Source: an uncultured Ulvibacter sp. (lineage in GTDB: Bacteria > Bacteroidota > Bacteroidia > Flavobacteriales > Flavobacteriaceae). From it: 64,000 nucleotides of DNA. The stretch lies in assembly GCA_938083445.1 (NCBI GenBank), contig CALKCP010000001.1, positions 22,141 through 86,140 on the forward strand, written 5' to 3'. The notes below the pieces were generated by a model. That model worked only from the letters and a program-made list of their open reading frames with translations, had not been told where the DNA came from and made no database searches. Both the position numbers and the translations under genes were made by a program. Of this stretch, positions 18,394 through 29,640 are shown one piece after another. The stretch's first letter is position 1, and every line of letters begins with the position of its first letter.

Positions 18394-20439
18394 CTATTCA
18401 GGATACTCTACTCTTAAATGGTACATATTATTTAATTTCTTCTTTAGTACCTTTTTTATTCTCTGAATTTCCTTCAAGGTGATATCTGAATTTAGAAACT
18501 GACCCTGCTCCATTTGCCCATCAATTATTTTATCAACATAGGCTTCAAACTTTATAGAGGTGGGTTCTTTTATACTTTTACTGGCTGCTTCAACGCTGTC
18601 GGCCATCATTAATATCGCGGTTTCTTTTGAAAAAGGAATAGGTCCAGGGTATTTAAAATCTTCAGGGTTAGTGGTGCCTCTCATCTCCTTTTCCTTGTTG
18701 TAAAAATAATACACCAAACTATTACCATGATGGGTTCTAATAAAGTCTATAATACGATCCGGAAGGTTGTTTTTTCTGGCAATTTCAATCCCAGTAATTA
18801 CATGATCTATGATAATTTGAGCACTTTCTTTAGGATCTAATTCGTCATGAGCGTTAATTCCATTTGCTTGATTTTCTATAAAATAAGTTGGATTTGCCAT
18901 TTTACCGATATCGTGATAAAGCGCCCCTACCCTTACTAACATAGAGTTTGCCCCAATTTCATTGGCTGCTGCTTCAGCCAAATTAGCTACGTTTAGTGAA
19001 TGATGAAAAGTACCTGGTGCTTTATTCGATAGTTCTTTAAGCAATTTACTATTTGTATCACTTAACTCCAGAAGGGACACGTCTGACACAAGACCAAATA
19101 TTTTTTCGTATAAATAGATTAGAGGATGCGCAAACAGCGTTGCCAATCCACACAAAACAAAATAGCCGAAAGTTTCCCATTCAATTACTTGAATATTTCC
19201 CTCCTGAATTAAATAAAATGCAAAATATCCGATGATGTAAATAAGTGTAATCTGCCCTACGGAAATAAATAGATTTGCTCTTTTATATAATTCTGAAAGC
19301 GTTAAGATCGTTACAACTCCAGCTATTATTTGAAGAAACATATACTCAAAGCTATTTGGAACTACAAAGCCCAGCAGCAGTATGGTAAGCACATGAACAA
19401 ACATACCTAATCGCGGATCAAAGAAGGCTTTTAATATGAGTGGCAATATACACAGAGGCACAACGTATACATACTTAGCATCTAGTTTTACAACAATAGT
19501 TGTTAGTAAAACCATTAGAAAAACATTAAAAAAGATGAATGTAACTTTCGTATTGTTGTTGAAAATCTCGAGTCTGTATTTTTTTAAGAAAAGAAAAAGC
19601 ATCAAAAAAACCAGAGATACTAGCAATGAATAGCCAATAAGCAACCAATAAAAGTTAGATTTACTCCAAACTTGAGACTGGTATTCAGATTTTAAAGAGT
19701 TAAGAATCCGAAATTTATCTCCTTCTACAACTTCCCCTTTTGCAATAATTCTACCTCCCTTTTCTATGACTCCTTGATTCGGGTTTATTCCGCTTATTTC
19801 AGATTTCTGAATCGACTCAGTGAGTTCGCGATTCAAAGAAACGTTGGCAACAATGGTTCGTGCTAGAATTTTTTCTAACAAAATATTCGCTTCATCGGCA
19901 GACCCTTCTGGTATGCCCAAAGCTACTTTTTCATTTATATTTATTTTCTTGAAGAATCGTTTATAGGTTAGTTCTTCAATCTCTTTGCCTTTCTTCAGAT
20001 AGATAATTTTTTCGGCATCAAATTGATGAACCTCATCTATTATACCAGTGGTGTACATGTCTTTTGTCAGCGCAACGCCTAGGTTCTGAAAATCTTCCAA
20101 GGATAGTACATACAAACTGTCAACAAAAACTTCAGACAATAACTTTAGAAAGTCGGTTTCGCTCTTCTTCGCAATGGTTACATTATAATCGAAATATGGC
20201 GTCGCTTCATTGATTATATCCTCACGTTCTTTTACAAGTGTTTCAGAGTCCTTCTTAATTGTAAAACTAAATGGCGCATAGAGGTTCTCATATTGCCAAG
20301 GCTTCCCTTTTTGAAAATTATATTTAAATTGACCTCCTTTAGGTAGCAAATAAATGACTAGAAAAGTAGCTATGACAAAAAGGAAAGCCTTGTAAATAAA
20401 GGATTGGTTTTTTGTAAATAGTGCGAAGATGTTTTTCAT
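18394..20439 (-). CDS. 7TM-HD (HDIG) family phosphohydrolase, PgpH-like
   Basis: Extracytoplasmic domain, 7 TM segments, APGTFHHS, YHDIGK, HHG, LMMADSVEAA. Confidence 0.92.
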   Translation of the reverse strand: MKNIFALFTKNQSFIYKAFLFVIATFLVIYLLPKGGQFKYNFQKGKPWQYENLYAPFSFTIKKDSETLVKEREDIINEATPYFDYNVTIAKKSETDFLKLLSEVFVDSLYVLSLEDFQNLGVALTKDMYTTGIIDEVHQFDAEKIIYLKKGKEIEELTYKRFFKKININEKVALGIPEGSADEANILLEKILARTIVANVSLNRELTESIQKSEISGINPNQGVIEKGGRIIAKGEVVEGDKFRILNSLKSEYQSQVWSKSNFYWLLIGYSLLVSLVFLMLFLFLKKYRLEIFNNNTKVTFIFFNVFLMVLLTTIVVKLDAKYVYVVPLCILPLILKAFFDPRLGMFVHVLTILLLGFVVPNSFEYMFLQIIAGVVTILTLSELYKRANLFISVGQITLIYIIGYFAFYLIQEGNIQVIEWETFGYFVLCGLATLFAHPLIYLYEKIFGLVSDVSLLELSDTNSKLLKELSNKAPGTFHHSLNVANLAEAAANEIGANSMLVRVGALYHDIGKMANPTYFIENQANGINAHDELDPKESAQIIIDHVITGIEIARKNNLPDRIIDFIRTHHGNSLVYYFYNKEKEMRGTTNPEDFKYPGPIPFSKETAILMMADSVEAASKSIKEPTSIKFEAYVDKIIDGQMEQGQFLNSDITLKEIQRIKKVLKKKLNNMYHLRVEYPE

Positions 20440-20604
20440 GAAAATTTTTCCTATGAGTAAAGGTATAAATTACCGTTGATTATTCATATATGCATCTCTC
20501 TTAAAGATTGATATTTTAATTTTTAATATGTAAATTTGCTTCTCTTTTTCAAAAGGCACTGAAGTCTGTCAAAGAGCTTAATTATTCAAAATAAAATTCA
20601 AAAA

Positions 20605-21783
20605 ATGAGCAAAGAAGTTGTAATTGTTTCTGCCGTTAGAACTCCAATTGGAAGCTTTATGGGAAGTCTCTCTTCCTTAAGTGCAACCCAATTAGGTTCG
20701 GTAGCGATAAAAGGCGCTATGGATACAATTAATTTAGATCCGACTTTGGTTCAAGAGGTTTTTATGGGTAATGTGGTGCAAGCCGGTGTTGGGCAAGCCC
20801 CAGCCAGACAAGCAGCACTTGGAGCTGGCATACCAAACACGGTGCCATGTACAACTGTAAACAAGGTGTGTGCTTCAGGAATGAAAGCTTTAATGAATGC
20901 TGCACAGGCAATCGCATTAGGAGATGCCGACATTGTTGTTGCAGGTGGAATGGAAAGTATGAGCAATATCCCGCACTACGTGCACATGCGTAAGGGAACA
21001 AAATTTGGTCCTGCATCATTAATAGATGGAATGCAAAGAGATGGACTCGTTGATGCCTATGATAAAAATGCCATGGGTGTTTGCGCCGATGCCTGTGCTA
21101 CAGAATATACATTTTCAAGAGAAGATCAAGATGCCTATGCCATTCAATCGTATGAGCGCTCCGCGAAAGCATGGTCTGAAGGTAAATATAGTGACGAGGT
21201 AATTCCTGTTTCTGTGCCACAAAGAAGAGGCGAACCCATAATCATTTCCGAAGATGAAGAATATAAGAACGTACGGATGGATAAAATTCCTGCCTTGCGT
21301 CCTGCATTTTCAAAAGATGGAACTGTGACCGCCGCAAACGCCTCCACCATTAATGATGGTGCCGGCGCTATGATTCTTATGAGTGCTGAAAAAGCGCAAG
21401 AACTTGGATATACGCCTCTTGCTTCAATAAAAGGATATGCAGATGCAGCTCATGAACCAGAGTGGTTTACTACTGCCCCAGCAAAAGCCCTACCAAAAGC
21501 ATTGGCTAAAGCAGGACTCAATCAAAGTGATGTGGATTATTTTGAATTTAACGAGGCATTTGCTGTAGTAGGCTTAGCAAACATGAAAATATTAGGTCTT
21601 ACCGACTCCAATGTTAACGTAAATGGAGGAGCTGTTTCACTAGGACATCCATTAGGTTGTAGTGGTGTTCGTATCGTAATTACCTTAGTAAATGTTTTAA
21701 AACAAAACAATGCCAAAATTGGAGCCGCAGCAATTTGTAATGGTGGCGGTGGTGCTTCAGCAATGGTCATCGAAAGAAAATAA
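20605..21783 (+). CDS. Acetyl-CoA C-acyltransferase (thiolase)
   Basis: NKVCASG, NEAFA, GHPLGCSG, AICNGGGG. Confidence 0.96.
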   Translation: MSKEVVIVSAVRTPIGSFMGSLSSLSATQLGSVAIKGAMDTINLDPTLVQEVFMGNVVQAGVGQAPARQAALGAGIPNTVPCTTVNKVCASGMKALMNAAQAIALGDADIVVAGGMESMSNIPHYVHMRKGTKFGPASLIDGMQRDGLVDAYDKNAMGVCADACATEYTFSREDQDAYAIQSYERSAKAWSEGKYSDEVIPVSVPQRRGEPIIISEDEEYKNVRMDKIPALRPAFSKDGTVTAANASTINDGAGAMILMSAEKAQELGYTPLASIKGYADAAHEPEWFTTAPAKALPKALAKAGLNQSDVDYFEFNEAFAVVGLANMKILGLTDSNVNVNGGAVSLGHPLGCSGVRIVITLVNVLKQNNAKIGAAAICNGGGGASAMVIERK

Positions 21784-21813
21784 TAATAACCGAGACTTTT
21801 CAATGTACCCTAA

Positions 21814-22563
21814 ATGACGTACGGCGTTTGTAATCTAAGTATTATTCCTCTAAGAGCGGAAGCTTCCGATAGTAGCGAATTGGTAAGTCAAATTCTCTAT
21901 GGTGAAATTTTCAAAGTGCTTGAAAAGCGATCCAAATGGAGCCGCATTCGTTTGGCATTCGATTCGTATGAAGGATGGGTAGATAACAAGCAATTCGCAG
22001 CCTTATTAGAAGAACAATATAATGACTTGCAGAAAGAGAAGCTGCATATGTCTTCCGATTTGGTTGAGTTTATAACGACTTCAGAAAATCAGTTGCTTTC
22101 AATCTGTCTAGGTAGCACATTAAATCCGGTCCATATATTAAAACATAGCTTTGAAGGAAAATCAATTTCTGAAACTCTTCAGAAACAACACCTTGTAAAA
22201 ACTGCCTTACTCTATTTGAATGCGCCCTACTTATGGGGAGGAAAAACACCCTTTGGTATTGATTGTAGTGGATTCACACAAATGGTGTACAAGCTGAACG
22301 GCTATAATCTAAAAAGAGATGCGAGTGAGCAAGTTACCCAGGGACAGGCCTTGAGCTTTATCGAAGAAAGCGAACCTGGAGATTTAGCATTTTTCGACAA
22401 TGCAGAAGGAAAGATAGTGCATGTAGGCATTATTATGAAGGACAATTCTATAATACATGCCCATGGTAAAGTGCGTATTGACGGCTTAGACCATACTGGA
22501 ATTTTTAATTATGAGTCCAAGACATATTCACACCAATTAAGAGTCATAAAAAAAATTGTATAA
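21814..22563 (+). CDS. SH3b plus NlpC/P60 (C40) peptidase
   Basis: YLWGGKTPFGIDCSGF, HVGI, IHAHG; N-terminal SH3-like domain. Confidence 0.93.
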   Translation: MTYGVCNLSIIPLRAEASDSSELVSQILYGEIFKVLEKRSKWSRIRLAFDSYEGWVDNKQFAALLEEQYNDLQKEKLHMSSDLVEFITTSENQLLSICLGSTLNPVHILKHSFEGKSISETLQKQHLVKTALLYLNAPYLWGGKTPFGIDCSGFTQMVYKLNGYNLKRDASEQVTQGQALSFIEESEPGDLAFFDNAEGKIVHVGIIMKDNSIIHAHGKVRIDGLDHTGIFNYESKTYSHQLRVIKKIV

Positions 22564-22565
22564 AA

Positions 22566-22594
22566 AAATCCTCTCAACATGGTTAAGAGGATTT
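22566..22594. terminator. Probable bidirectional terminator between convergent genes
   Basis: AAATCCTCT...AGAGGATTT stem with A/T flanks. Confidence 0.7.
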
Positions 22595-22618
22595 CAATTT
22601 TATAAATAAGACGTAAAA

Positions 22619-23887
22619 CTATTGACCCTCTTCCAGAGTTGTTAAAAGCGTCTTCATCTCTTTTACTTTGGCATCTTCACCCAATTGACTATAAATACCC
22701 TTTAGTGTTCTAACAATATCAACGTCGTCTGATCGATATTGTAGTGCAGATTCAAGATATGGCAATGCTGAACGATACAGCGTAATTTTCTCAGCTTTTA
22801 ATTCGTCGTAACGATCATAATCAGCTTTTGATGTGCCTAAAGCGTTCATTGCCTCATTATACTCTTTTTCACCATCAAGTATTAAAACAGCTATGTTTAT
22901 TAAGGCCCCAGGATTTTCTGGTTTTAATTCAATGGCTTTATTGTAATATTTTATCGCTTCATCTTTCAAACCAAGTTTTGCATTTGCTACACCCAAATTG
23001 TTATATAAATCAGAATTTAATGGATCCAAGGCAATCATTTCTTGCATCAACTCATTATATCTCACGATGTTCCCTTGCTTGTATACCAAATCCGCTTCCA
23101 CCTGTATTAAGATAAGATCTTTTGGATTCGCCATGCGCACTTGATTAATTACTTCAAGGGCTTCTTCACTCTTTTCATTTGCGATATATATCTGAGCCAA
23201 GCTTAAAAGAACGGTCTCTCGTTTTGATTCGGACATCTTCTCCATTGGCTTCACATGTGTTCCTGCCTTCACCATCAAGTCTCTACTTGATTTACTTACA
23301 AATGGCTCCTCCAAACCCGTCTCTTTGCTAACTGCCATAAATTGTTTCTGCATACCTGTGTAGCCCAAATCTGATAGTTTTAAAAAATAAGATTCGGCAT
23401 TGTCAAAGTCATTCCCAATTTTAGAAGACAAGGCTGCATTAAACAAAAACAGTGTATCTGCTGGACTTAGCGAATAAGCAGTATAAAATTTATTCGCTGC
23501 CATTTTATAGTTTTTAGCCTTATAATCTGATGCGGCACCCGATTCTAACGACGTCTTTAGTGCTTGTTTTTCGTTGTTTATAGCCCTTGTGTTTTTTCCT
23601 TCTACATCTACTTCTTTTGCCATAGCAAAAGCCTCAGAAGCTAATTTCATTTTTCCTACATCGGAGCCTGCACTTGCCATTAACGCTTTCCCTTTAACGA
23701 GATAAAACTGTGACTTAACACCGCTATCAGCACTTTCTAAAAGGCCTTCTGCCTCACTTAGATAGCCCATGGCTTCTGAATAATTTCCAGAGTTCACGGC
23801 TTTTTCAGCTTTTTTAATCTCTTTCTTTTGACCATATGATACAGCAGATAACAACAATACACCTGCTAATATTAATTCTTTTTTCAT
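22619..23887 (-). CDS. Tetratricopeptide repeat protein with signal peptide
   Basis: TPR patterns (YNNLGVANAKLG...EAIKYYNKAIELKP); N-terminal signal peptide. Confidence 0.85.
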   Translation of the reverse strand: MKKELILAGVLLLSAVSYGQKKEIKKAEKAVNSGNYSEAMGYLSEAEGLLESADSGVKSQFYLVKGKALMASAGSDVGKMKLASEAFAMAKEVDVEGKNTRAINNEKQALKTSLESGAASDYKAKNYKMAANKFYTAYSLSPADTLFLFNAALSSKIGNDFDNAESYFLKLSDLGYTGMQKQFMAVSKETGLEEPFVSKSSRDLMVKAGTHVKPMEKMSESKRETVLLSLAQIYIANEKSEEALEVINQVRMANPKDLILIQVEADLVYKQGNIVRYNELMQEMIALDPLNSDLYNNLGVANAKLGLKDEAIKYYNKAIELKPENPGALINIAVLILDGEKEYNEAMNALGTSKADYDRYDELKAEKITLYRSALPYLESALQYRSDDVDIVRTLKGIYSQLGEDAKVKEMKTLLTTLEEGQ

Positions 23888-23902
23888 TTCTTAATGTTTA
23901 AA

Positions 23903-26425
23903 TTATTCTTCTGTATTTGTTTGAGGTGATTCGTTATCAAGAGGCGTATCGCTTTCTAAATCTCCTTCTAACTCCTCAATATCATCATCATCGTGCATTA
24001 CTTTAGCAACGGCTGCTATAGAATCTCCCTCCTTCACTTTTATCAAACGAACGCCTTGCGTTGCGCGACCCATTACTCGCAGATCGGCAACTGCCATTCT
24101 TATTGCGATTCCTGATTTGTTTATAATCATCAAATCATCAACGTCCAAGACCACTTTGATCGAAACTAAATTCCCCGTTTTTTCAGTAACATTTATGGTT
24201 TTAACTCCCTTTCCACCGCGATTGGTGATTCTATAATCTTCTAGGGTTGATCTTTTTCCATATCCATTTTCTGAAACCACAAGGATGTCAGACTCCTTAT
24301 CATTCACGGCTATCATTCCAATTACCGCATCGTCTTTATGAGCGAGTGTAATACCGCGAACTCCGGAGGCATTTCTTCCCATAGGTCTTGTTTTACCCTC
24401 TTCAAAACGAATCGCTTTACCAGACGCAAGAGCCAACATTACCTGACTATCACCAGTTGTTAACTTTGCTTCAAGTAATTCGTCATTATCTTTAATAGTA
24501 ATGGCATTAATACCATTCGTTCTCGGACGAGAATATTGCTCCAATGGGGTCTTTTTAACCTGCCCATTTTTGGTTGCCATTATTACATAGTGACTATTAA
24601 TGTATTCTTCATCCTTTAGATCTTGTGTACATATAAATGCTTTCACCTTATCGTCTGGATCAATGTTTATTAAGTTTTGAATGGCTCTTCCCTTGGCCGT
24701 TTTTGAACCTTCAGGAATTTCGAATACGCGCATCCAGAAACATTTTCCTTTTTGGGTAAAGAATAACATGTACTGGTGATTCGTGCCAATAAATAAATGT
24801 TCTAAAAAGTCCTCGTTTCTTGTAGCTGATGCTTTTTGGCCAACGCCTCCTCTATTTTGAGTCTTATACTCAGTTAATGAAGTACGTTTAATATATCCAG
24901 CATGGGAAATGGTAAGCACAACCTGTTCATCGGCTATCAGATCTGTAATACTTACATCACCTCCAGCATACTCAATTACAGAGCGTCTCTCGTCACCGTA
25001 TTTGCTTTTAATTTCCTGTAATTCCTCTTTTATGATGTCCATTCGAACCTCTTTGTTAGCAAGAATGTTCTCGTAGTTTGAAATCGTTTTCATTAATTCG
25101 TCATACTCCGAACGCAGTTTATCTTGCTCTAGACCCGTCAATTGACGCAGTCGCATTTCAACGATTGCCTTGGCTTGAATTTCAGACAGGTCAAAAGCTT
25201 TTACCAAAGAAGCACGGGCTTCGTCAGCGTTCGCACAGGCTCTTATTAGTCGGATTACTTCATCTATGTTGTCTGAAGCTATAATTAAACCTTCTAGTAT
25301 GTGTGCTCTTTCCTTCGCCTTCCGCAGTAAATATTCTGTCCTACGAACAACGACTTCATGACGATGCTCAACAAAATAATGAATGAGCTCCTTCAAATTT
25401 AGCATTTGAGGCCTCCCTTTCACAAGGGCGATATTGTTTACGCTAAAACTCGATTGCAATGCTGTATACTTGTAAAGCATGTTAAGTACGATATTTGGAA
25501 TCGCATCTCTCTTAAGTATATAAACAACACGCATTCCATTTCTATCGCTCTCATCCCTAATATTAGAAATACCTTCAATCTTCTTGTCATTAACAAGATC
25601 GGCGGTTTTTTTAATCATGTCTGCCTTATTGACCTGATATGGAATTTCTGTCACAATTATACACTCGCGACCTGCAACTTCTTCGAAACCTGCCTTTGCA
25701 CGCATTACAACACGTCCCCTACCCGTATGAAAGGCTTCCTTAACCCCATCATACCCGTAGATAGTACCTCCCGTTGGAAAATCTGGAGCTTTGATGTGCT
25801 CCATAAGTCCGTCAATGTCAATTTCATTGTCTTCGATATAAGCAATTGTTCCGTCTATCACCTCGGTTAAATTATGTGGCGGCATATTTGTCGCCATACC
25901 CACCGCAATTCCGGAAGCACCATTTATCAATAATCCTGGAACTCTCGTTGGAAGTACTTTAGGCTCGTGTAATGTATCATCAAAATTCAGTTGATGATCC
26001 ACGGTTTCCTTATCAATATCGGCAAGCATGTCTTCAGAAATTTTCTGCATACGTGCTTCTGTATAACGCATAGCGGCCGGGCTATCTCCATCCACAGACC
26101 CAAAATTTCCCTGACCATCCACAAGCATATAACGAAGGCTCCATTCCTGAGCCATCCGCACCATTGCATCATAAACGGAGGTGTCACCATGCGGGTGATA
26201 CTTTCCTAAAACCTCACCCACTATTCTGGCAGATTTCTTATGAGCACCAGTTGCTCGGATTCCTAATTCGTGCATTCCAAATAAGACCCTTCTGTGAACG
26301 GGTTTCATGCCGTCTCGAACATCTGGCAATGCACGTGACACAATGACCGACATCGAGTAATCGATGTAGGCCGACTTCATTTCGTCCTCAATGTTTATTG
26401 GGATTACTTTTTCACCTTCAGCCAT
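23903..26425 (-). CDS. gyrA: DNA gyrase subunit A
   Basis: [29 protein letters not shown], GyrA-box QNRGGVG, acidic tail. Confidence 0.98.
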   Translation of the reverse strand: MAEGEKVIPINIEDEMKSAYIDYSMSVIVSRALPDVRDGMKPVHRRVLFGMHELGIRATGAHKKSARIVGEVLGKYHPHGDTSVYDAMVRMAQEWSLRYMLVDGQGNFGSVDGDSPAAMRYTEARMQKISEDMLADIDKETVDHQLNFDDTLHEPKVLPTRVPGLLINGASGIAVGMATNMPPHNLTEVIDGTIAYIEDNEIDIDGLMEHIKAPDFPTGGTIYGYDGVKEAFHTGRGRVVMRAKAGFEEVAGRECIIVTEIPYQVNKADMIKKTADLVNDKKIEGISNIRDESDRNGMRVVYILKRDAIPNIVLNMLYKYTALQSSFSVNNIALVKGRPQMLNLKELIHYFVEHRHEVVVRRTEYLLRKAKERAHILEGLIIASDNIDEVIRLIRACANADEARASLVKAFDLSEIQAKAIVEMRLRQLTGLEQDKLRSEYDELMKTISNYENILANKEVRMDIIKEELQEIKSKYGDERRSVIEYAGGDVSITDLIADEQVVLTISHAGYIKRTSLTEYKTQNRGGVGQKASATRNEDFLEHLFIGTNHQYMLFFTQKGKCFWMRVFEIPEGSKTAKGRAIQNLINIDPDDKVKAFICTQDLKDEEYINSHYVIMATKNGQVKKTPLEQYSRPRTNGINAITIKDNDELLEAKLTTGDSQVMLALASGKAIRFEEGKTRPMGRNASGVRGITLAHKDDAVIGMIAVNDKESDILVVSENGYGKRSTLEDYRITNRGGKGVKTINVTEKTGNLVSIKVVLDVDDLMIINKSGIAIRMAVADLRVMGRATQGVRLIKVKEGDSIAAVAKVMHDDDDIEELEGDLESDTPLDNESPQTNTEE

Positions 26426-26687
26426 AAAATATTTTCTTTAATTTTGTGTTTCAATTCTAATGAAGCAATATACACTAATTTCAGTGTTTTGTAGCGCTTT
26501 TTATTATCTCTTATTCACGATTTTATTAACAAATATGAACCCCAAAAACGTTAATAACTATCACTGTTTGAGCTTTGATATCACTAAGTTTTTTCGTCTT
26601 TTTACTACCATTCAGGGAATAAAGGAACGGTTGTTGTCTTTTTAAGGCTAATTTTAGTAATTTTATACAGGAACTGGATACAAATAT

Positions 26688-29240
26688 ATGGATGATAATT
26701 TTTCACCGAGAGTAAAAGACGTAATAGCCTACAGTAAGGAAGAGGCCCTGAGACTGGGGCATGACTTTATTGGCACCGAGCACTTAATGTTAGGATTGTT
26801 GCGTGATGGCAGCGGAAAAGCTGTGACTATTTTAAATGCATTAGAAATTGATTTGAATCATTTGCGCAGGAAAGTAGAAATATTAAGTCCTGCAAATCCA
26901 AGTTCTGGAATAAGTTCAAACGATAAAAAAAACTTGCACTTAACGCGGCAGGCAGAACGTGCTTTAAAAACAACCTTCCTAGAAGCGAAGTTGTTTCAAA
27001 GTTCTTCTATAAATACGGCCCACCTATTGCTGTGTATTCTGCGTAATGAAAACGACCCAACAGCAAAATTATTAAACAAAATGGAGGTTGATTATGACGG
27101 CGTTAAAGACCAATTTAAACTTATGATGGCAAGCGATGAAGATTATATAGAGAACCCAACATCTGAATTTTCAAATGAAAGTGATGATGCCCCGTCTGAT
27201 GATTCTGGAAAAGAAAATCTTTTTGCTGGAACAAGCTCGAAGGCTAGTAAAAAATCAAAAACTCCGGTTTTAGATAACTTCGGAAGAGATTTAACCGTCA
27301 TGGCCGAAGAAGGCAAACTTGACCCTGTGGTTGGTAGAGAAAATGAAATCCAGCGTGTTTCACAAATACTAAGTCGACGAAAAAAGAACAACCCCCTGCT
27401 TATCGGTGAACCTGGTGTTGGAAAATCTGCAATTGCAGAAGGACTTGCCTTACGCATTATACAAAGAAAGGTTTCAAGAATCTTATATGACAAACGTGTC
27501 GTAACCCTAGATTTAGCAAGCTTGGTGGCTGGAACAAAATACAGAGGGCAGTTTGAGGAACGCATGAAGGCAGTGATGAATGAATTGGAAAAGAATAAAG
27601 ACATCATTCTCTTTATTGATGAAATTCACACCATTGTTGGTGCAGGAGGCTCTACGGGATCTTTAGACGCCTCTAACATGTTTAAACCTGCGCTTGCAAG
27701 AGGTGAAATTCAATGTATTGGAGCAACCACTTTAGACGAATACCGTCAATATATCGAAAAAGATGGTGCCCTTGAACGACGCTTTCAGAAAGTACTAGTG
27801 GAACCTACGACGGTAGAGGAAACCATTGAAATTTTAAAAAACATAAAAGACAAATACGAAGCCCACCATAATGTGAAGTATACCGATGATGCTCTGGTGG
27901 CTTGCGTCAAACTGACCAACCGTTATATGACGGAACGTTTTTTGCCAGATAAAGCCATCGATGCTCTGGATGAAGCTGGGTCTCGTGTTCATATTACCAA
28001 TATTAAAGTACCTGAAAAAATACTGACCATCGAGTCTAAATTAGAAGAGGTTCGTGAACTCAAGAATTCCGTAGTTAAAAAACAGAAGTACGAGGAAGCG
28101 GCGAAGCTGAGAGATGATGAAAAAAATCTAGAAAAAGAATTGGCAGTTGCTCAAGAAGCATGGGAAATCGATTCAAAACTTCATAAAGAAACTGTAGATG
28201 AAGAGAGCGTTGCTGAAGTTGTTTCTATGATGACAGGCGTTCCTGTGAATAAAATAGCACAGAAGGAAAGCAATAAACTGGCCGAATTACCTGCACGTAT
28301 AAAAGGGAAGGTTATAGGGCAGGATGAAGCCGTAGCTAAAGTTGTAAAAGCGATTCAACGCAATCGAGCTGGACTAAAAGACCCCAACAAGCCCATAGGG
28401 TCATTTATTTTTTTAGGGCAAACAGGGGTAGGTAAAACGCAACTAGCGAAAGTATTAGCACGAGAGTTATTTGATTCTGAGTCTGCTTTGGTGCGCATTG
28501 ACATGAGTGAATACATGGAGAAATTTGCTATATCGAGATTGGTTGGAGCGCCTCCAGGATACGTAGGCTATGAAGAAGGAGGCCAATTAACCGAAAAGAT
28601 TAGAAGAAAGCCATATGCTGTCATTCTTTTAGATGAAATTGAAAAGGCGCATCCAGATGTATTTAACATGCTACTTCAGGTCCTTGATGATGGACACCTT
28701 ACAGATAGTCTTGGGCGAACTATTGATTTCCGAAATACCATCATAATAATGACTTCAAATATTGGAGCCAGAAAACTTAAAGACTTTGGTCAGGGAGTAG
28801 GCTTTGGAACATCGGCTAAGACAGATCAGGCAGATGCAAATGCCAAGAGTATTATTGAAAATGCCCTTAAAAAGGCATTCGCTCCAGAGTTTTTGAATCG
28901 TGTTGATGATGTTATGGTTTTTAATAATTTGGAAAGAGAGGACATACACAAAATCATTGAGATTGAGTTAGAGAAGCTGTTTACCAGAATAAAAGACCTT
29001 GGTTATCATATGACCTTAACGGATAAAGCGAAGGACTATATTGCCGATAAAGGATTTGACAAGGAGTATGGAGCGAGGCCTTTAAAAAGAGCCATTCAGA
29101 AATACATTGAAGATGCCTTAGCAGAGGAAATTATTAATTCAAACCTCCAAGAAGGAGATAGTATTACTATGGACCTGAATAAAAAGACCAATGAGTTGAC
29201 TATCAAAATTAAAAAACAAAAAAAGAAAACCGAATCCTAA
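26688..29240 (+). CDS. clpC: ATP-dependent Clp protease ATP-binding subunit (ClpC type)
   Basis: Clp-N repeats, two Walker A motifs (GEPGVGKS, GQTGVGKT), UVR-like middle domain. Confidence 0.95.
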   Translation: MDDNFSPRVKDVIAYSKEEALRLGHDFIGTEHLMLGLLRDGSGKAVTILNALEIDLNHLRRKVEILSPANPSSGISSNDKKNLHLTRQAERALKTTFLEAKLFQSSSINTAHLLLCILRNENDPTAKLLNKMEVDYDGVKDQFKLMMASDEDYIENPTSEFSNESDDAPSDDSGKENLFAGTSSKASKKSKTPVLDNFGRDLTVMAEEGKLDPVVGRENEIQRVSQILSRRKKNNPLLIGEPGVGKSAIAEGLALRIIQRKVSRILYDKRVVTLDLASLVAGTKYRGQFEERMKAVMNELEKNKDIILFIDEIHTIVGAGGSTGSLDASNMFKPALARGEIQCIGATTLDEYRQYIEKDGALERRFQKVLVEPTTVEETIEILKNIKDKYEAHHNVKYTDDALVACVKLTNRYMTERFLPDKAIDALDEAGSRVHITNIKVPEKILTIESKLEEVRELKNSVVKKQKYEEAAKLRDDEKNLEKELAVAQEAWEIDSKLHKETVDEESVAEVVSMMTGVPVNKIAQKESNKLAELPARIKGKVIGQDEAVAKVVKAIQRNRAGLKDPNKPIGSFIFLGQTGVGKTQLAKVLARELFDSESALVRIDMSEYMEKFAISRLVGAPPGYVGYEEGGQLTEKIRRKPYAVILLDEIEKAHPDVFNMLLQVLDDGHLTDSLGRTIDFRNTIIIMTSNIGARKLKDFGQGVGFGTSAKTDQADANAKSIIENALKKAFAPEFLNRVDDVMVFNNLEREDIHKIIEIELEKLFTRIKDLGYHMTLTDKAKDYIADKGFDKEYGARPLKRAIQKYIEDALAEEIINSNLQEGDSITMDLNKKTNELTIKIKKQKKKTES

Positions 29241-29257
29241 AAGAAATAGAATTTTTT

Positions 29258-29299
29258 AAATAGCATCTAAAATCAGTTATTTTAGATGCTATTTTTTTT
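29258..29299 (+). terminator. Intrinsic terminator after clpC
   Basis: AAATAGCATCTAAAAT-CAGTT-ATTTTAGATGCTATTT plus T run. Confidence 0.85.
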
Positions 29300-29307
29300 G
29301 ATATAAA

Positions 29308-29634
29308 GTGAAACAAAAACAGGACATAAAAAACCGAATTGAAGAAGAGCTTATAATCACTTCAAAAAAAATTGAAGAATATAGAGAACTCACAAAACCT
29401 ATTTCGCCAGAAAATGCAATAGGAAGAGTCTCTAGAATGGACGCTATCAATAATAAGAGTATTAACGATGTTGCACTCCGCAAGGCAGAATTAAAATATA
29501 ATAATCTTAAAGTTGCCCTTTCAAAAATAGAAGATTCCGATTTTGGATTGTGCAGAAAATGCCATCAGCCTATTCCACTAGGGAGACTGTTATTAATGCC
29601 TCAGGTAATCACTTGTGTTCATTGCAGTAGGTGA
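29308..29634 (+). CDS. TraR/DksA C4-type zinc finger protein
   Basis: Coiled coil with GRVSRMDAI tip, FGLCRKC...CVHC. Confidence 0.88.
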   Translation: MKQKQDIKNRIEEELIITSKKIEEYRELTKPISPENAIGRVSRMDAINNKSINDVALRKAELKYNNLKVALSKIEDSDFGLCRKCHQPIPLGRLLLMPQVITCVHCSR

Positions 29635-29640
29635 ATGATG

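Noticed and set aside
17884-18394. tRNA-Arg(TCT) as a possible island integration site
   Set aside because: No integrase, no duplicated tRNA 3' end, and a terminator and ordinary genes follow directly
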